DNA of 63,737 nt, filler included, from an uncultured Methanosarcinales archaeon (GCA_964397315.1; 5 parts of 5 records of this genome joined end to end with filler, not necessarily neighbours in it); one strand, 5' to 3'. Shown: positions 49,682-60,559, numbered from the whole stretch's first letter. A program made the numbers and translations. The notes: generated by a model from the sequence alone, not told the origin.

Positions 49682-50249
49682 GATCTGCTGACAGCATTTC
49701 CTCCATTGTGCTGATATAAGGCCTTACTATGTTATCAAGAAAATATACAGATTTTTGGGAGTTTATCTCCTGGAAATCCCTGGAATAATACTGTGTCTTG
49801 CCTCTTTCTGTCCTGCCTTTCCTGAGCATTAATGATATGGTCTTTTCCTGTAGCCTTGTTACATTAAAGAAGCTTATTTCAGCTTTTTTTAATAATTCAA
49901 TTATTCTTTCTTTCTCTTTTTTGTCCTGGATAAACCTCCCCAGAGCTTCCAGTGTCCTGCTGTGAATGTTCTCCCCTGTAATCTTTATATTATGGATTAT
50001 TCCCAGGTAAAGCTTTGTGATGTCGTGCATTGCGTAATACCCTGAGATAATGCTCCAGCGCGGGAATTCTATCATGTCTTTCTTTGCATGTTTTAAGTCA
50101 TCCTTATATGCGTTCTCATGGAACCTGATCCAGAAATCCTTCTCAACCTCAGGCAGGCTGTCATAAGGAGCGGGCTCTTCTGACTCCTTGTTCTCTTCTT
50201 CTCCTGCAGTGTTTTCCCTGCTCTTTTCTTTTTCCATTCTAAATAACAA
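49641..50249 (-). CDS. HEPN-domain protein
   Basis: WSIISGYYAMHD, ENIH, ERGKTQYY; adjacent to MNT. Confidence 0.7.
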   Translation of the reverse strand: MLFRMEKEKSRENTAGEEENKESEEPAPYDSLPEVEKDFWIRFHENAYKDDLKHAKKDMIEFPRWSIISGYYAMHDITKLYLGIIHNIKITGENIHSRTLEALGRFIQDKKEKERIIELLKKAEISFFNVTRLQEKTISLMLRKGRTERGKTQYYSRDFQEINSQKSVYFLDNIVRPYISTMEEMLSADHEKPEEDDHKNAA

Positions 50250-50630
50250 AAAAGTGTCATAAAAATCATTTATTTAAATATTTAGACACTTTTCTGCTTT
50301 ATTTTAGGCAGAAAAGTGGCAGAAGTATATAAAGGTTTTGGTTTTTCAAGCCCAGGAACCTGGCGAAAAGTGTCACAGTAGAATGATATAAAGGAATAGC
50401 GAGACAGGACCCTGCAGGTGTCCCGCCTCTTTTTTCTAAAAAAATGCATCAGGCTGTGCCGGCTCACGCCCTTATTTTTTCACACCCTGATATATGGATT
50501 ATGGTTTTTCACTATTATAAATTTATCCAGGGTTTATCCAAACAATAATAGCAAAATAACAAATTATACTATACATTTGTTTGATTATAAGGCCAAAATA
50601 TTTATATATTTTAAACAAGTATACCATGCC

Positions 50631-51122
50631 ATGGCAGGCGGAAGTTCAGCTGGGAAGCTCAGGAGCGCGGAAAACGCAGGTATTGACGAGACAGACACCT
50701 CTATCATGAACATACTTCTTGACAACAGCAGGCTGTCCTACAGGCAGATAGCAAAAAAAGCAGGAGTGTCTGTGGCAACAGTCATGCACAGGATAAAAAG
50801 GCTTGAGAGCAGGGGCATAATAAGGAAATACACTGCAAAGCTTGACTACGACAAGATAGGGTATGACATTGTGGCCATCATTGACATAAAGATATCAAAG
50901 GGAAAGCTTGCCATGATGGAGAAAAGGATAGCCTCTCATGAGAATGTGATAGCCTGCTATGACATAACAGGCGAGTTTGATGCCCAGATAACAACAAGAT
51001 TCAGGAGCAGGAAAGGCCTTGACTCTTTCCTAAAGAAGATACAGACTTACGAGTTCGTGGAGAGGACAAGAACCAACCTTGTGCTTAATGTCATAAAAGA
51101 GGAGCAGAACAAGGTGAGATAA
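50631..51122 (+). CDS. Lrp/AsnC-family regulator
   Basis: NSRLSYRQIAKKAGVSVATVMHRIKRLE, YDITGEFD; ATG 50631 after TATA. Confidence 0.9.
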   Translation: MAGGSSAGKLRSAENAGIDETDTSIMNILLDNSRLSYRQIAKKAGVSVATVMHRIKRLESRGIIRKYTAKLDYDKIGYDIVAIIDIKISKGKLAMMEKRIASHENVIACYDITGEFDAQITTRFRSRKGLDSFLKKIQTYEFVERTRTNLVLNVIKEEQNKVR

Positions 51123-51127
51123 CCGCT

Positions 51128-51289
51128 TCAATCCCCCTTCCCGCGGAGTATGAATGTTTTCAGCATGAGATAGACCGAGGCAATTATTATGACATAGCTT
51201 ATTGCAGTCAGGACTGTTGTTTCTGAGAAATAGAGCAGGACAAGGCCTGCTATGAAAAGCAGGAAAAACTTGACAAGGTGTATCTTCAT
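51128..51289 (-). CDS. Small two-TM protein
   Basis: MKIHLVKFFLLFIAGLVLLYF..; 53 aa, downstream of apt. Confidence 0.55.
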   Translation of the reverse strand: MKIHLVKFFLLFIAGLVLLYFSETTVLTAISYVIIIASVYLMLKTFILRGKGD

Positions 51290-51313
51290 TTTGCTCAAAC
51301 CGCCTCCCTAAGT

Positions 51314-51841
51314 TTACTCGCCCTCAAAGGCGCACTGGGAATATAGATTATATCCTGCCTTTTTTAATTTTGCGCTTCCCCCTATATCAGGCAGGTCAAC
51401 TATGAATGCGCATTCAACCACTTTCCCGCCCAGCTTCTCAACAAGCCTGCAGGTTGCGAGAGCCGTACCTCCTGTGGCAAGCAGGTCGTCAACAACAAGA
51501 GCCTTCTGGCCTTTTGGCATAGCATCCTTGTGTATCTCCACAGTGTCAGTGCCATACTCAAGCTCATACTCTTCTGACTCAGTCTCATGGGGCAGCTTGC
51601 CCTTTTTTCTGACAGGCACAAACCCCTTCTCAAGAAGGTAAGCCAGAGCTCCGCCGAGTATGAAGCCCCTGCTGTCAATGCCCACTATGACATCAATATC
51701 GCTATCCTTGTACCTCTTCATGAAATCATCAATAACCAGCCTGAACCCGACAGGGTCCTTGAGAAGCGTTGTTATGTCCCTGAACATTATTCCCTTCTTG
51801 GGCCAGTCAGGCACTGTCCTTATTCTTGATTTTATTGGCAT
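51314..51841 (-). CDS. apt: Adenine phosphoribosyltransferase
   Basis: PDWPKKGIMFRDIT, RKKGKLP, VDDLLATGGT. Confidence 0.96.
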   Translation of the reverse strand: MPIKSRIRTVPDWPKKGIMFRDITTLLKDPVGFRLVIDDFMKRYKDSDIDVIVGIDSRGFILGGALAYLLEKGFVPVRKKGKLPHETESEEYELEYGTDTVEIHKDAMPKGQKALVVDDLLATGGTALATCRLVEKLGGKVVECAFIVDLPDIGGSAKLKKAGYNLYSQCAFEGE

Positions 51842-51845
51842 TTTC

Positions 51846-52598
51846 TCAGTCCTTTATTCTGGATATTGTATTCACCAGAAGTTTTGTAACTTTGCCGACA
51901 TTCTCCTCAAATATCTTCAGGACCGCCTCCCAAGTGACAGGCTCCTCATCCTGTTTCCAGCAGTCATAGTCAGTTGACATTGCAACTGCGGCATAAGGTA
52001 TGCCTGCCTCGTTTGCAAGTATTGCCTCAGGAGCTATGCTCATGTTTATCACGTCAGCACCCAACTGCCTGAACATAACACTCTCTGCCCTTGTGGAGAA
52101 CCTGGGGCCTTCAATGGTAACAACAGTGCCGGAAGGGTGATGCTTTATGCCAAGCTCTTTCGCGGATTCTATAAGCGCTGACCTCATCTCCCTGCTGAAG
52201 GGCTCTGCCATCGGAGTATGTTTCATGCCGCCGGGCTTGAACTCCTCATGGAATGTTACATGCCTGTGCCTTGTGAAGTCAATGAACTGGTCAAGTATGA
52301 CAAAATCACCCCTGCCTATCCCCTCCTTAAGAGAGCCGCACGCAGTCGTCGCCAGGATATGGGTGCAGCCTGCATCCTTCAGCGCCCTGATGTTGGCCCT
52401 GTAATTGACCTGCGTGGGAGGCACAGTGTGCTGCCTGCCGTGCCTTGCGAGAAGCACCACATCAACCCCATTAATCCTTCCCTGCTTCAGCATTGAGGAG
52501 GGCTTGCCGTAGGGGGTGTTGGCCTCAACATCCCCTGCGTCCTCCAGAATATCAGGATCATCCAGCCCAGAGCCCCCGATTATGCCTATCTTTACCAT
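51846..52598 (-). CDS. mtnP: S-methyl-5'-thioadenosine phosphorylase
   Basis: IGIIGGSG, ARHG, EGPRFSTRAES, STDYDCW. Confidence 0.95.
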   Translation of the reverse strand: MVKIGIIGGSGLDDPDILEDAGDVEANTPYGKPSSMLKQGRINGVDVVLLARHGRQHTVPPTQVNYRANIRALKDAGCTHILATTACGSLKEGIGRGDFVILDQFIDFTRHRHVTFHEEFKPGGMKHTPMAEPFSREMRSALIESAKELGIKHHPSGTVVTIEGPRFSTRAESVMFRQLGADVINMSIAPEAILANEAGIPYAAVAMSTDYDCWKQDEEPVTWEAVLKIFEENVGKVTKLLVNTISRIKD

Positions 52599-52737
52599 TT
52601 GCTGATTACTTGGTGCCAGTAAAATGAGATGGTTTTTATATATTTTGTTCTTTGCGCCACCAGCCTATAATCCACACCCTCTTTGACACCATTATAAAAT
52701 GATAAAATTTATATATTAAGTTTACAGACTGCATTTT

Positions 52738-53241
52738 ATGGGTGGTTACAAAAGGAATGTGGACCTTTATGATATGTTTCAGGATCTCCTGAACAGCGGA
52801 TTTGGTTACAATGATATCGGGCTTCTTTATGTAAGGGCTGTCAGCAATATCCCAAAGATTTCAAAGCTGTCGCATATTCCATCCACGAATGAAAAGACTC
52901 AGAGGAAGATTAAAAAGAGGTTTCAGGATTATCTAAGGGAATTCTTTAAAGGCGTAAGAAATGATGTTGTGATGAGGAGGCGGGACAGAAAGGAAGTTCT
53001 TGAGCATTACATTTCCCAGGATATATCTCCTGAGAGAACAGAAGTTTCCAAAGGCAAGAACATAGAATCAGCAATAAACAAGATTCTATCATCAGGCATT
53101 GAAGACCCTTATGCCAGGATAGGAGAAGCAATTATCTCGGGCTCCAAGGATTATCTTTCAGAAAAGCCGCCCCAGATGGGAGCATACAAGGTGTTCCTTG
53201 AGTACAACAGGACATACAGTAAACTTGAAGATCTCTTATAG
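52738..53241 (+). CDS. Hypothetical protein
   Basis: 167-aa ORF after TATA, abutting the PhoH gene. Confidence 0.6.
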   Translation: MGGYKRNVDLYDMFQDLLNSGFGYNDIGLLYVRAVSNIPKISKLSHIPSTNEKTQRKIKKRFQDYLREFFKGVRNDVVMRRRDRKEVLEHYISQDISPERTEVSKGKNIESAINKILSSGIEDPYARIGEAIISGSKDYLSEKPPQMGAYKVFLEYNRTYSKLEDLL

Positions 53242-54675
53242 GTGCTGAAGATGGAGGAGAAATACAAGATACCAGACACAAACATACTCCTGACAGACCC
53301 TCAGGCTCTTTACTCTTTCAGACCCCACAAGGAATCTGAAGATAATGGAGGAGTTAATATAATACTTCTGCCTCTTGTGCTTGAAAGGGAACTGGAAAAG
53401 TTTAAAGGAGAGTCGTACAGCCAAAGAGGCGCTAATGCCAGAGAAGTGTTCAGGCAACTTGACATGCTGGAAATAAAATACGGGCAGAAGCTGCATGAGG
53501 GAGTCTGGATCAGTGATGATTACTGCATAAGGTCTGCTTTCTTCATGAGGGAGCATATGCTCGGTGCCTTAGACGGCCTGGTTGAGGAAGGCAATGACAA
53601 GATTTTTCTGGAAGTTGCAAACCAGCTGAAACAGGAGGGAAAAGATGCGGAGCTCATAACAATAGACAGGAGCATGAGAGTAATAGGAAGCTCTCTTGGC
53701 CTGAACGTTTCAGGATGGAGGGACCTGGAACAACAGGAGATCTATAAGGGATGGAGGCAGTTTAGTGTGGACTACACTGTGATAGAGAACATTTATTCAA
53801 CAGCTAAGAACAAGGATGGTGCAAGAAGAATCCCCCCTGAAAAAACAGGAATTGAGGATCCCCTACCCAATGAGTATTTTCTGGTTACTTCAGGAGATAA
53901 GGAAATACCTCTTAAATTCAAGACGAGCGAACAAGGGGGGATGTTCATTACCCTGAAGAGAAGCCCTAACTTCAGCAGCAAGAAAGGTTGTCTTGAGCCT
54001 AAGAACAGAAGACAGGAATTTCTGATGGACGCACTGTATGACCCTGACATAGACTGTGTATTCTCTATAGGTGACGCAGGAACAGGGAAAACCTTTCTGG
54101 CCACTTTTGCGGGGTTTGAACAGTCGCTGATGTACCACCTAAGCGATAAGAACATAGTCATAGACATGCCTTATGAAAGGCTTATAATAACAAGGCCCTT
54201 GATAGGCATAAATGATGAGGAGGATATAGGGGCCCTGCCAGGAGAACTGCATGAGAAGCTCACACCCTGGAACAGGCCTGTCTATGATAATCTTGATCAG
54301 GTTATGGAATTGACCAACACAAAGGATGTGGATATGGACTACCTAAAGGACGAGAAATTCCTTGATGTGCTGCCTATACAAATGGCAAGGGGCTCAAGCC
54401 TGAAGTCATATTACTGGATTGTTGACGAAGCTCAGAACCTTGCCATAGAGAAAATAATGCTTATAGGCACAAGGTCCGGAGAGTACAGCAAGCTTGTGTT
54501 CACCGGCGACCCGCTGCAGTCTGACATAAACCACAGCAGCCCTGCCGCAAGCCCGCTTGTCAGGGCCAGCAACAAGTTTGCTGATTATGAGCATTCTGCC
54601 ACAATATATTTTGAGGAGGAGGATTGTGTCAGGAGCAGGCTCGCAAGAGAGTTCCTCAAGAGATTAAGGCATTAA
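53242..54675 (+). CDS. PIN-domain PhoH-family ATPase (PhoH2/YlaK-like)
   Basis: PDTNILL PIN start, GDAGTGKT Walker A, IGALPG, VDEAQN, TGDPLQSD. Confidence 0.9.
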   Translation: MLKMEEKYKIPDTNILLTDPQALYSFRPHKESEDNGGVNIILLPLVLERELEKFKGESYSQRGANAREVFRQLDMLEIKYGQKLHEGVWISDDYCIRSAFFMREHMLGALDGLVEEGNDKIFLEVANQLKQEGKDAELITIDRSMRVIGSSLGLNVSGWRDLEQQEIYKGWRQFSVDYTVIENIYSTAKNKDGARRIPPEKTGIEDPLPNEYFLVTSGDKEIPLKFKTSEQGGMFITLKRSPNFSSKKGCLEPKNRRQEFLMDALYDPDIDCVFSIGDAGTGKTFLATFAGFEQSLMYHLSDKNIVIDMPYERLIITRPLIGINDEEDIGALPGELHEKLTPWNRPVYDNLDQVMELTNTKDVDMDYLKDEKFLDVLPIQMARGSSLKSYYWIVDEAQNLAIEKIMLIGTRSGEYSKLVFTGDPLQSDINHSSPAASPLVRASNKFADYEHSATIYFEEEDCVRSRLAREFLKRLRH

Positions 54676-55208
54676 AGCTTCTTCCTCTCTGTCTTCCCGC
54701 TCAGAATGTCAGAGTTTCCTGTCTTGTCCTCTATGATTATCCTGCACTTCTCCTGGCCCCACATGATTCTTGTGAGCTTTTTCAGCAGGTTCTTTGCCTT
54801 TTTCTTCTCCTGCTCATCCTCGGAGTTCTCCTTTCTCAGCTCAATGATTCCCTTAACCCTCTTAAGGAGGCCCTCCACTGTGGTTATGTAGCCGTTGGAT
54901 GTGGGGCCTCCTTCTATGGTGACTATGTGAGGAACCTTTACAGTGCCTTCCCCAGACCTCACAACCATTGTATTGAGGTCCTTTTCTCCAGAAACCTCAA
55001 AGGTGCATTTGGAAGGGGCCTGCTGCTCGGCAAACTCAACATCTGCCTTGTGGTACCTGCAGTTTGAGCAGGTCATTGAGAACACGAGAACAGGGATGTT
55101 CCTGCTGCCAAATGGGATGTGCCTTTCCATCTCTGTGAGCCTGCACTTTTTCTCATGGCATACAGGGCATTCCTGGCCTTCAATCGTGTTTATCTTGTCC
55201 TCTGGCAT
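54672..55208 (-). CDS. ZPR1-type zinc finger protein
   Basis: CPVC..IPFG..CSNC, GYITTVEGLL, DKTGNS. Confidence 0.9.
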   Translation of the reverse strand: MPEDKINTIEGQECPVCHEKKCRLTEMERHIPFGSRNIPVLVFSMTCSNCRYHKADVEFAEQQAPSKCTFEVSGEKDLNTMVVRSGEGTVKVPHIVTIEGGPTSNGYITTVEGLLKRVKGIIELRKENSEDEQEKKKAKNLLKKLTRIMWGQEKCRIIIEDKTGNSDILSGKTERKKL

Positions 55209-55274
55209 GGAATAAATTAGGGGAACAGATTATATAAATTTTGTGATTGAATATGATGAAACAATAAAATGAGT

Positions 55275-55417
55275 GATCTTGCCAGAGTTTACCGCCGCCC
55301 TCTTTAGAGTTGGGTTAAGTTATGTTATGGATTTAATGTAAAGATTGTAATTTTTCCAGGCATTACCGCCTCCCTGTTCAGGGATTTTTGTAAATGCTTT
55401 TTCTGCAATCTCTGTTC
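55275..55417 (-). repeat. Partial copy E of the dispersed element (right-arm units only)
   Basis: CCAGAGTTTACCGCCGCCCTCTTTAGAGTT resembles the copy B units; second unit 74 nt on; ends at gap. Confidence 0.55.
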
Positions 55418-55517
55418 NNNNNNNNNNNNNNNNNNNNNNNNNNNNNNNNNNNNNNNNNNNNTTAATTAATTAANNNNNNNNNNNNNNNNNNNNNNNNNNN
55501 NNNNNNNNNNNNNNNNN
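55418..55517. other. Artificial contig linker
   Basis: 100-nt N/TTAATTAATTAA. Confidence 0.97.
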
Positions 55518-55571
55518 TGATTTAGAATTAGTTGGTGCTATCTCATTTAGAAAATCCCTTCGGAGATACTG
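55518..55571. mobile_element. Terminal end of multicopy IS
   Basis: Identical to 29415-29468. Confidence 0.7.
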
Positions 55572-55663
55572 CGAAACATGGAAACATTTATATACTAAAA
55601 ATTATGGTATATGTTAAGTTGTAACGCCAAGCAGCCTTATCAATTTGCTCCAGGACTATCAAT

Positions 55664-57379
55664 ATGAATCCGGATATTTTTACAGAACTGAGCATAATAC
55701 TTCTTATAACAGTACTTGTGACAGGTTTTATAAGATTACTCAGGCAGCCTGCTATCATAGGGTATATCCTGAGCGGTATTTTAGCGGGACCATTTGTTTT
55801 CAACATAATTGATTCGCATGATACTCTATCAGCCTTTTCACAGATAGGTATTGCTCTTCTGTTGTTTTTAGTTGGGCTAAATCTCAATCCAAGAGTTATC
55901 AAAGATGTTGGCAAAGTATCGCTTATGACCGGACTCGGACAGGTAATCTTCACGACCTCTATTGGTTTCTTGATTGCAAAAGCTCTCGGATTTTCAAATA
56001 TAGTCTCATTATATGTTGCAATTGCATTAGCATTCAGCAGCACAATAATCATAATGAAATTGTTGTCAGATAAACGAGACCTAGAGTCACTTTATGGGAG
56101 AATATCCATAGGGTTTTTGATTGTACAGGATTTTATCGTTATATTGATCTTCTTAGTTATTTCTACCTTGAATATGGGTGTGGATATCGCTTCTTTGGTT
56201 CTTGAGACTGTACTAAAAGGCATGGGAGGCATGTTAATCCTGTTCTTGCTGACAATATATCTTCTTCCTAAGCTTACAAAAATTATAGCAAAATCTCAGG
56301 AGTTTTTGCTTCTTTTTTCCCTCAGCTGGTGTTTTATTGTTGCAGCCGCTTTTTATTACCTTAATTTCTCTATTGAAGCAGGGGCTCTGCTTGCAGGAAT
56401 AACACTGTCAATGTCACCATATCATTTTGAGATAAGCTCCAGAATGAGGCCGCTAAGGGATTTTTTCCTGATACTCTTTTTTATTGTGCTTGGCTCTCAG
56501 ATGGTATTCTCAAATATTATTTCAAACCTCTCAGCCATACTATTGCTTTCTTTTTTTGTTTTGATAGGAAATCCGATTATTGTCATGACTTTGATGGGAA
56601 TTCTGGGATACACTAGAAGGAACAGTTTCCTGGCCGGCCTTACTGTTGCCCAGATAAGCGAATTCTCGTTAATATTAATTACAATGGGGGTGTCCTTAGG
56701 GCATTTAAGCAATGATATATTATCTTTAGTTACTGCAGTAGGCTTGATAACGTTTGCAGGATCAACCTACATGATAATATATTCCCATAAGATTTATCCC
56801 AGGATCTCCAAGTTTTTGTCCATATTTGAAAAGAAAGGAAAGAAAGTTGATGAACACAAACACCATAAAGATGATGATCATGAAATAATCTTGTTTGGAT
56901 ATAATAGGATTGGGTTTGATGTATTAGAGACTCTAAAGAAAATAAAAAAGAAATTCTTAATTATTGATTTTGATCCTGAAATTATAACTAAACTGTCAAA
57001 AGAAGGGTATGATTGCAGATATGGCGATGCTAATGATTCTGAGCTTTTAGACGAGCTGAATCTTTCTGGAGCAAAAATGATCATATCAACAATCCCTGTA
57101 ATAGATACAAATCTACTTATAATAAACAAGGTAAATGAAGTTAATAAGAAAGCAATTATCGCTGTTGTTTCTCATCAGATTGAGGATGCTGAAAGGTTAT
57201 ATGAAGCAGGGGCAACTTATGTTATCATGCCACATTTCCTTGGGGGCCGGCATTTTTCCACGATGCTTGAGAGAAACAGCATTAGGCCAGATAAATTCTT
57301 GAAAGAGAAAATTGCTCATTTAGAGCATATAAATTATAGAAAAAATTTAGGACATAAGCACCCGACCCATCATAGATGA
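55664..57379 (+). CDS. CPA2/Kef-type cation:proton antiporter with TrkA-N domain
   Basis: LLFLVGL, FSSTII, LIVQD, QISEFS, LFGYNRIG, YGDA. Confidence 0.92.
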   Translation: MNPDIFTELSIILLITVLVTGFIRLLRQPAIIGYILSGILAGPFVFNIIDSHDTLSAFSQIGIALLLFLVGLNLNPRVIKDVGKVSLMTGLGQVIFTTSIGFLIAKALGFSNIVSLYVAIALAFSSTIIIMKLLSDKRDLESLYGRISIGFLIVQDFIVILIFLVISTLNMGVDIASLVLETVLKGMGGMLILFLLTIYLLPKLTKIIAKSQEFLLLFSLSWCFIVAAAFYYLNFSIEAGALLAGITLSMSPYHFEISSRMRPLRDFFLILFFIVLGSQMVFSNIISNLSAILLLSFFVLIGNPIIVMTLMGILGYTRRNSFLAGLTVAQISEFSLILITMGVSLGHLSNDILSLVTAVGLITFAGSTYMIIYSHKIYPRISKFLSIFEKKGKKVDEHKHHKDDDHEIILFGYNRIGFDVLETLKKIKKKFLIIDFDPEIITKLSKEGYDCRYGDANDSELLDELNLSGAKMIISTIPVIDTNLLIINKVNEVNKKAIIAVVSHQIEDAERLYEAGATYVIMPHFLGGRHFSTMLERNSIRPDKFLKEKIAHLEHINYRKNLGHKHPTHHR

Positions 57380-57589
57380 TTAAGATTGCCCCCAAAATAA
57401 ATTTCTCTGAAGGCGACTGTGTGCGCGAAGCATGGAACTCCCCTGTTTTTCCCGCCGAAAATAGCGCCTGCGCCGTAGTTCTCTAGTGAACTTATCAAAT
57501 GCTTCGGAGAATTTCTGGGATGGAGAGCTGCATTATTTCAAAAGGAATTTTTAAGCAAATTATTTAAATGCCCAGATCATATTAAATAT

Positions 57590-58486
57590 ATGGTTAAGCT
57601 CATTTACCTGTTCATACTTTTGCTGCTGATACCGGCTGCATTAGGTATAGAAGCGCATGATATTAGTTATACTGTTAATGATGTTGTAAAAGTGCAACAT
57701 CTGCTGACAACTACGGACGAGTCCTCTGTACAGCTGCTTGTTCCGGAGGACGCGTATAGTTTTGATATTGTAGTTGATAAGAAACCGGCAGAATTTACCT
57801 TGTCAAGAACAGACCAGCACAAACAAGCCGTTATCCCTCTTTCTTCTGGCTCTCATAAGGTTGGAGTTTCCTATTTGACTGCATCATATTTGGAAAAAGG
57901 AAGGCATTCCTATTTTGTGGGTTCATTACAAACAACTCAATTTACGGATATGCTTTCTGTTTATCTGATACTGCCTGATGAAGCACTTTTAGCACGGCCA
58001 CTGACTGCTTTGAATCCTCCAGTAAGCCCATCTCCTGCCTCTGTTGAAACTACTGGAAGACAGATTATGATTAAATGGGCTGAAGAGGATGTAACTGCTG
58101 ATGATGTTTTTTCAATGTTTGTAGTGTATGATGAAGAAAGAGGAATTATTTGGCTTGTTGTTATAGGGATTGTTATAATCTTGATTATTGGAGCTGTGCT
58201 TTACTTTTATACTAAAAATAAAAAGACTATGCCTCTTAAAGAAAAAGCATTTTCTCATCTGCTTGAATCCGAGCAGGCTATTGCCAATGCTTTACTGAAA
58301 GCAAAAGATCATACTATGTGGCAGAAGGAGTTACAGATAGCAGTGGGGTTTACGAAGTCAAAATTGAGCAGAACAATCAGGAACATGGAGCAGCGAGGTT
58401 TGGTAAAGAAGATACCCTACGGAGCAACGAACAAGATTGGGCTGATCACAAAGGGAGAGCCGGAAGAAACAAAAGCGGAAAAATAG
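57590..58486 (+). CDS. Membrane-anchored wHTH regulator with extracellular domain
   Basis: Signal peptide, TM, QKEL..FTKSKLSRTIRNMEQRGLV. Confidence 0.75.
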   Translation: MVKLIYLFILLLLIPAALGIEAHDISYTVNDVVKVQHLLTTTDESSVQLLVPEDAYSFDIVVDKKPAEFTLSRTDQHKQAVIPLSSGSHKVGVSYLTASYLEKGRHSYFVGSLQTTQFTDMLSVYLILPDEALLARPLTALNPPVSPSPASVETTGRQIMIKWAEEDVTADDVFSMFVVYDEERGIIWLVVIGIVIILIIGAVLYFYTKNKKTMPLKEKAFSHLLESEQAIANALLKAKDHTMWQKELQIAVGFTKSKLSRTIRNMEQRGLVKKIPYGATNKIGLITKGEPEETKAEK

Positions 58487-58593
58487 CTTTGTTCTATGGG
58501 TGTTGCATGCTGTTGCAGGGTGTTTCGGGCATATTTAATATAGGGGTTACACCATATGGTGCTATAGGAGCGGAAAGCTCTGGAGGTTAGAAA

Positions 58594-59373
58594 ATGAGAT
58601 GGATACAAAATATGGCAACCATTTTGGCCATGGTGGTCTTAATGGCAGTGCCTGTAGCAGCCCAGCCAGAGTTGCCTGGTCCGGGAATAACACCTGACAG
58701 CCCATTTTACTTTTTAGACAGGCTGTCTGATGTGTTCCAGTCTGCTGAATCAGTGGCGGATGAGAAGGCATCTGAAATGGTAGCTATGGCACAGACAGCA
58801 GATGCAAAAGGATTGGAAAAGGCAAAAGAAAGGTATGCTAAAGCAATGGAAAAGAGACAGCAGAAAGCTGAGGGAGATGAAAATGCAGCTGAAGAAGTTG
58901 CAAGGCAATCAAGCAACCACCTGGCTGTTCTGGCTCGTGTCAGGGAGCAAGTTCCTGAGCAGGCAAAAGCAGGGATTGACCGGGCAATGAACGAGAGCAT
59001 GAAAGGGCGTGAAAGAGCTATCAAATCACTGGAGCAGAAGAACCGCCAGAGGGCAACAATGGTTGCACAGGCAACGCTTCAGGAAGTGATTGCTAATACG
59101 CCAGAAGCAGCACAAGAGGGATTGCAGCGTGCTTTGGAATCTGTACAGAGGAAAGTCAGACAACAAGCTGGAGCACCACCTGAAGAAGATAGACAACAAG
59201 CTGGAGCACCAACTGAAGAAACTGCTAAAGAAGAACAAAAAGTCAGACAACAAGCTGGAGCACCAACTGAAGATGAAACAGATGCAAGTGATGAAGGTGT
59301 TGAGCAGGAAGAATCAACCCGTGAAGAAGTGCCTGTGACTGATCAACCAAGCACACCTGGTGGAAGATCGTAA
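58594..59373 (+). CDS. Secreted helical protein (DUF5667-like)
   Basis: PGITPDSPFYFLDR, HLAVLARVREQVPEQAK; three RQQAGAP repeats. Confidence 0.75.
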   Translation: MRWIQNMATILAMVVLMAVPVAAQPELPGPGITPDSPFYFLDRLSDVFQSAESVADEKASEMVAMAQTADAKGLEKAKERYAKAMEKRQQKAEGDENAAEEVARQSSNHLAVLARVREQVPEQAKAGIDRAMNESMKGRERAIKSLEQKNRQRATMVAQATLQEVIANTPEAAQEGLQRALESVQRKVRQQAGAPPEEDRQQAGAPTEETAKEEQKVRQQAGAPTEDETDASDEGVEQEESTREEVPVTDQPSTPGGRS

Positions 59374-59403
59374 ATTTCTTTTTTTTTCTTTTATTATTTC
59401 TAT

Positions 59404-59578
59404 AAAGCCGAAAACTGCAGTTTCAGGCTGCAGATGAAGGCTTTTGAAGGTTCCAAAAATCCGCTATGCATACAATCGCTGTCAAACTGAACCAACAGAA
59501 AATATTTCATATTTTCTTAGTTCCAAAACCTTTGGTTTTGAAACCTTTATGTTTCACTTAGGCGACTGTGCGGATTTT
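59404..59578 (-). repeat. Hairpin-rich IS200/IS605-like remnant
   Basis: Homologous to 43009-43135; AAAATCCGC..GCGGATTTT internal inverted repeat. Confidence 0.6.
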
Positions 59579-60096
59579 TATGATTTTTCAACCCTGTAAA
59601 ACTCAGCAAAATACTTCTTCATGCCCTCAACAAATGGAGGGGTGTATTCCTCAGGATTTTCCTGGATGTCTTTTTTAAGATCTTCAGCAGGAATCCACTT
59701 GATTTCTGTCATCTCTCTGTTATCCGGTTTTATTTTATCATCGCTCCTCCCCACAAAAACAGCATGAAACGCTTTATCTAATTCATCAAAAAAAGGATAT
59801 TTGAAGATGAATTTGACCGGAATTGAGATCCCAATTTCTTCTTGCATTTCTTTTTTCACGCAGTCTTCATAACTTTCATCTGCAACAGTTCCGCTTGTTG
59901 AATATGTGTACAGGTTGGGATACCACTTTTTTGTTGGAGCTCTTTTTTGAACAAGAATCTCATTCTTTGAATTGAGTAATATTAGATGGGAAGAGCGATG
60001 GATATATTTTCCAGTATAAAAATCATCTCTGGGCCTTAATCCAAGAACATTATCTTCTTTGTCAACTTCAATATTTTGCTCAACCATGTTAGTCAT
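59578..60096 (-). CDS. NUDIX hydrolase (IDI type 1-like)
   Basis: HRSSH, LVQKRA, SGTVADESYEDCVKKEMQEEIGI, YTPPF. Confidence 0.85.
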   Translation of the reverse strand: MTNMVEQNIEVDKEDNVLGLRPRDDFYTGKYIHRSSHLILLNSKNEILVQKRAPTKKWYPNLYTYSTSGTVADESYEDCVKKEMQEEIGISIPVKFIFKYPFFDELDKAFHAVFVGRSDDKIKPDNREMTEIKWIPAEDLKKDIQENPEEYTPPFVEGMKKYFAEFYRVEKS

Positions 60097-60331
60097 AAAA
60101 TATATACATTATAAAAAGGTATTGATAGGGGCTGGATAATTACACATAACTTAGCGATTAGCCTAAGTTCAAGCGGTGAAGCTTGAATTTGGGCGGAAGA
60201 CGCAGTCTGGAGCCGGTCTGTTATGTGGTGAGCCTGCAAGGAGAACGAGCGGAGTGAAGGGATAGCATGACGCAGGCCTAAAACCGAAAGGTTTATATAT
60301 ATCCCATATATACCTATATATGTGATGTAAT

Positions 60332-60559
60332 ATGGTGCAAGCTGTAATAAATATCGATGAACATGCGAACAGGGTTCTGAATATAGTAAAGGCTAAGTTT
60401 GGGCTGAAAGATAAATCAGAAGCCATAAACCTTGTGGTGGGTGAATATGAAAAAACAGCCTTAGAACCTGAATTAAGACCGGATTATAAGGCTAAAATCA
60501 AAGGGATTATAGGGGGAAAACATTTTTCTAGAGAGGAACGTGAAAAAGAGGTTGCTTGA
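60332..60559 (+). CDS. Antitoxin (DUF2683-like)
   Basis: NRVLNIVKAKFGLKDKSEAIN, EPELRP. Confidence 0.75.
   Translation: MVQAVINIDEHANRVLNIVKAKFGLKDKSEAINLVVGEYEKTALEPELRPDYKAKIKGIIGGKHFSREEREKEVA

Noticed and set aside
59150..59275. Three AGACAACAAGCTGGAGCACCA repeats as an array
   Set aside because: In-frame coding repeats (RQQAGAP) in a low-complexity protein tail
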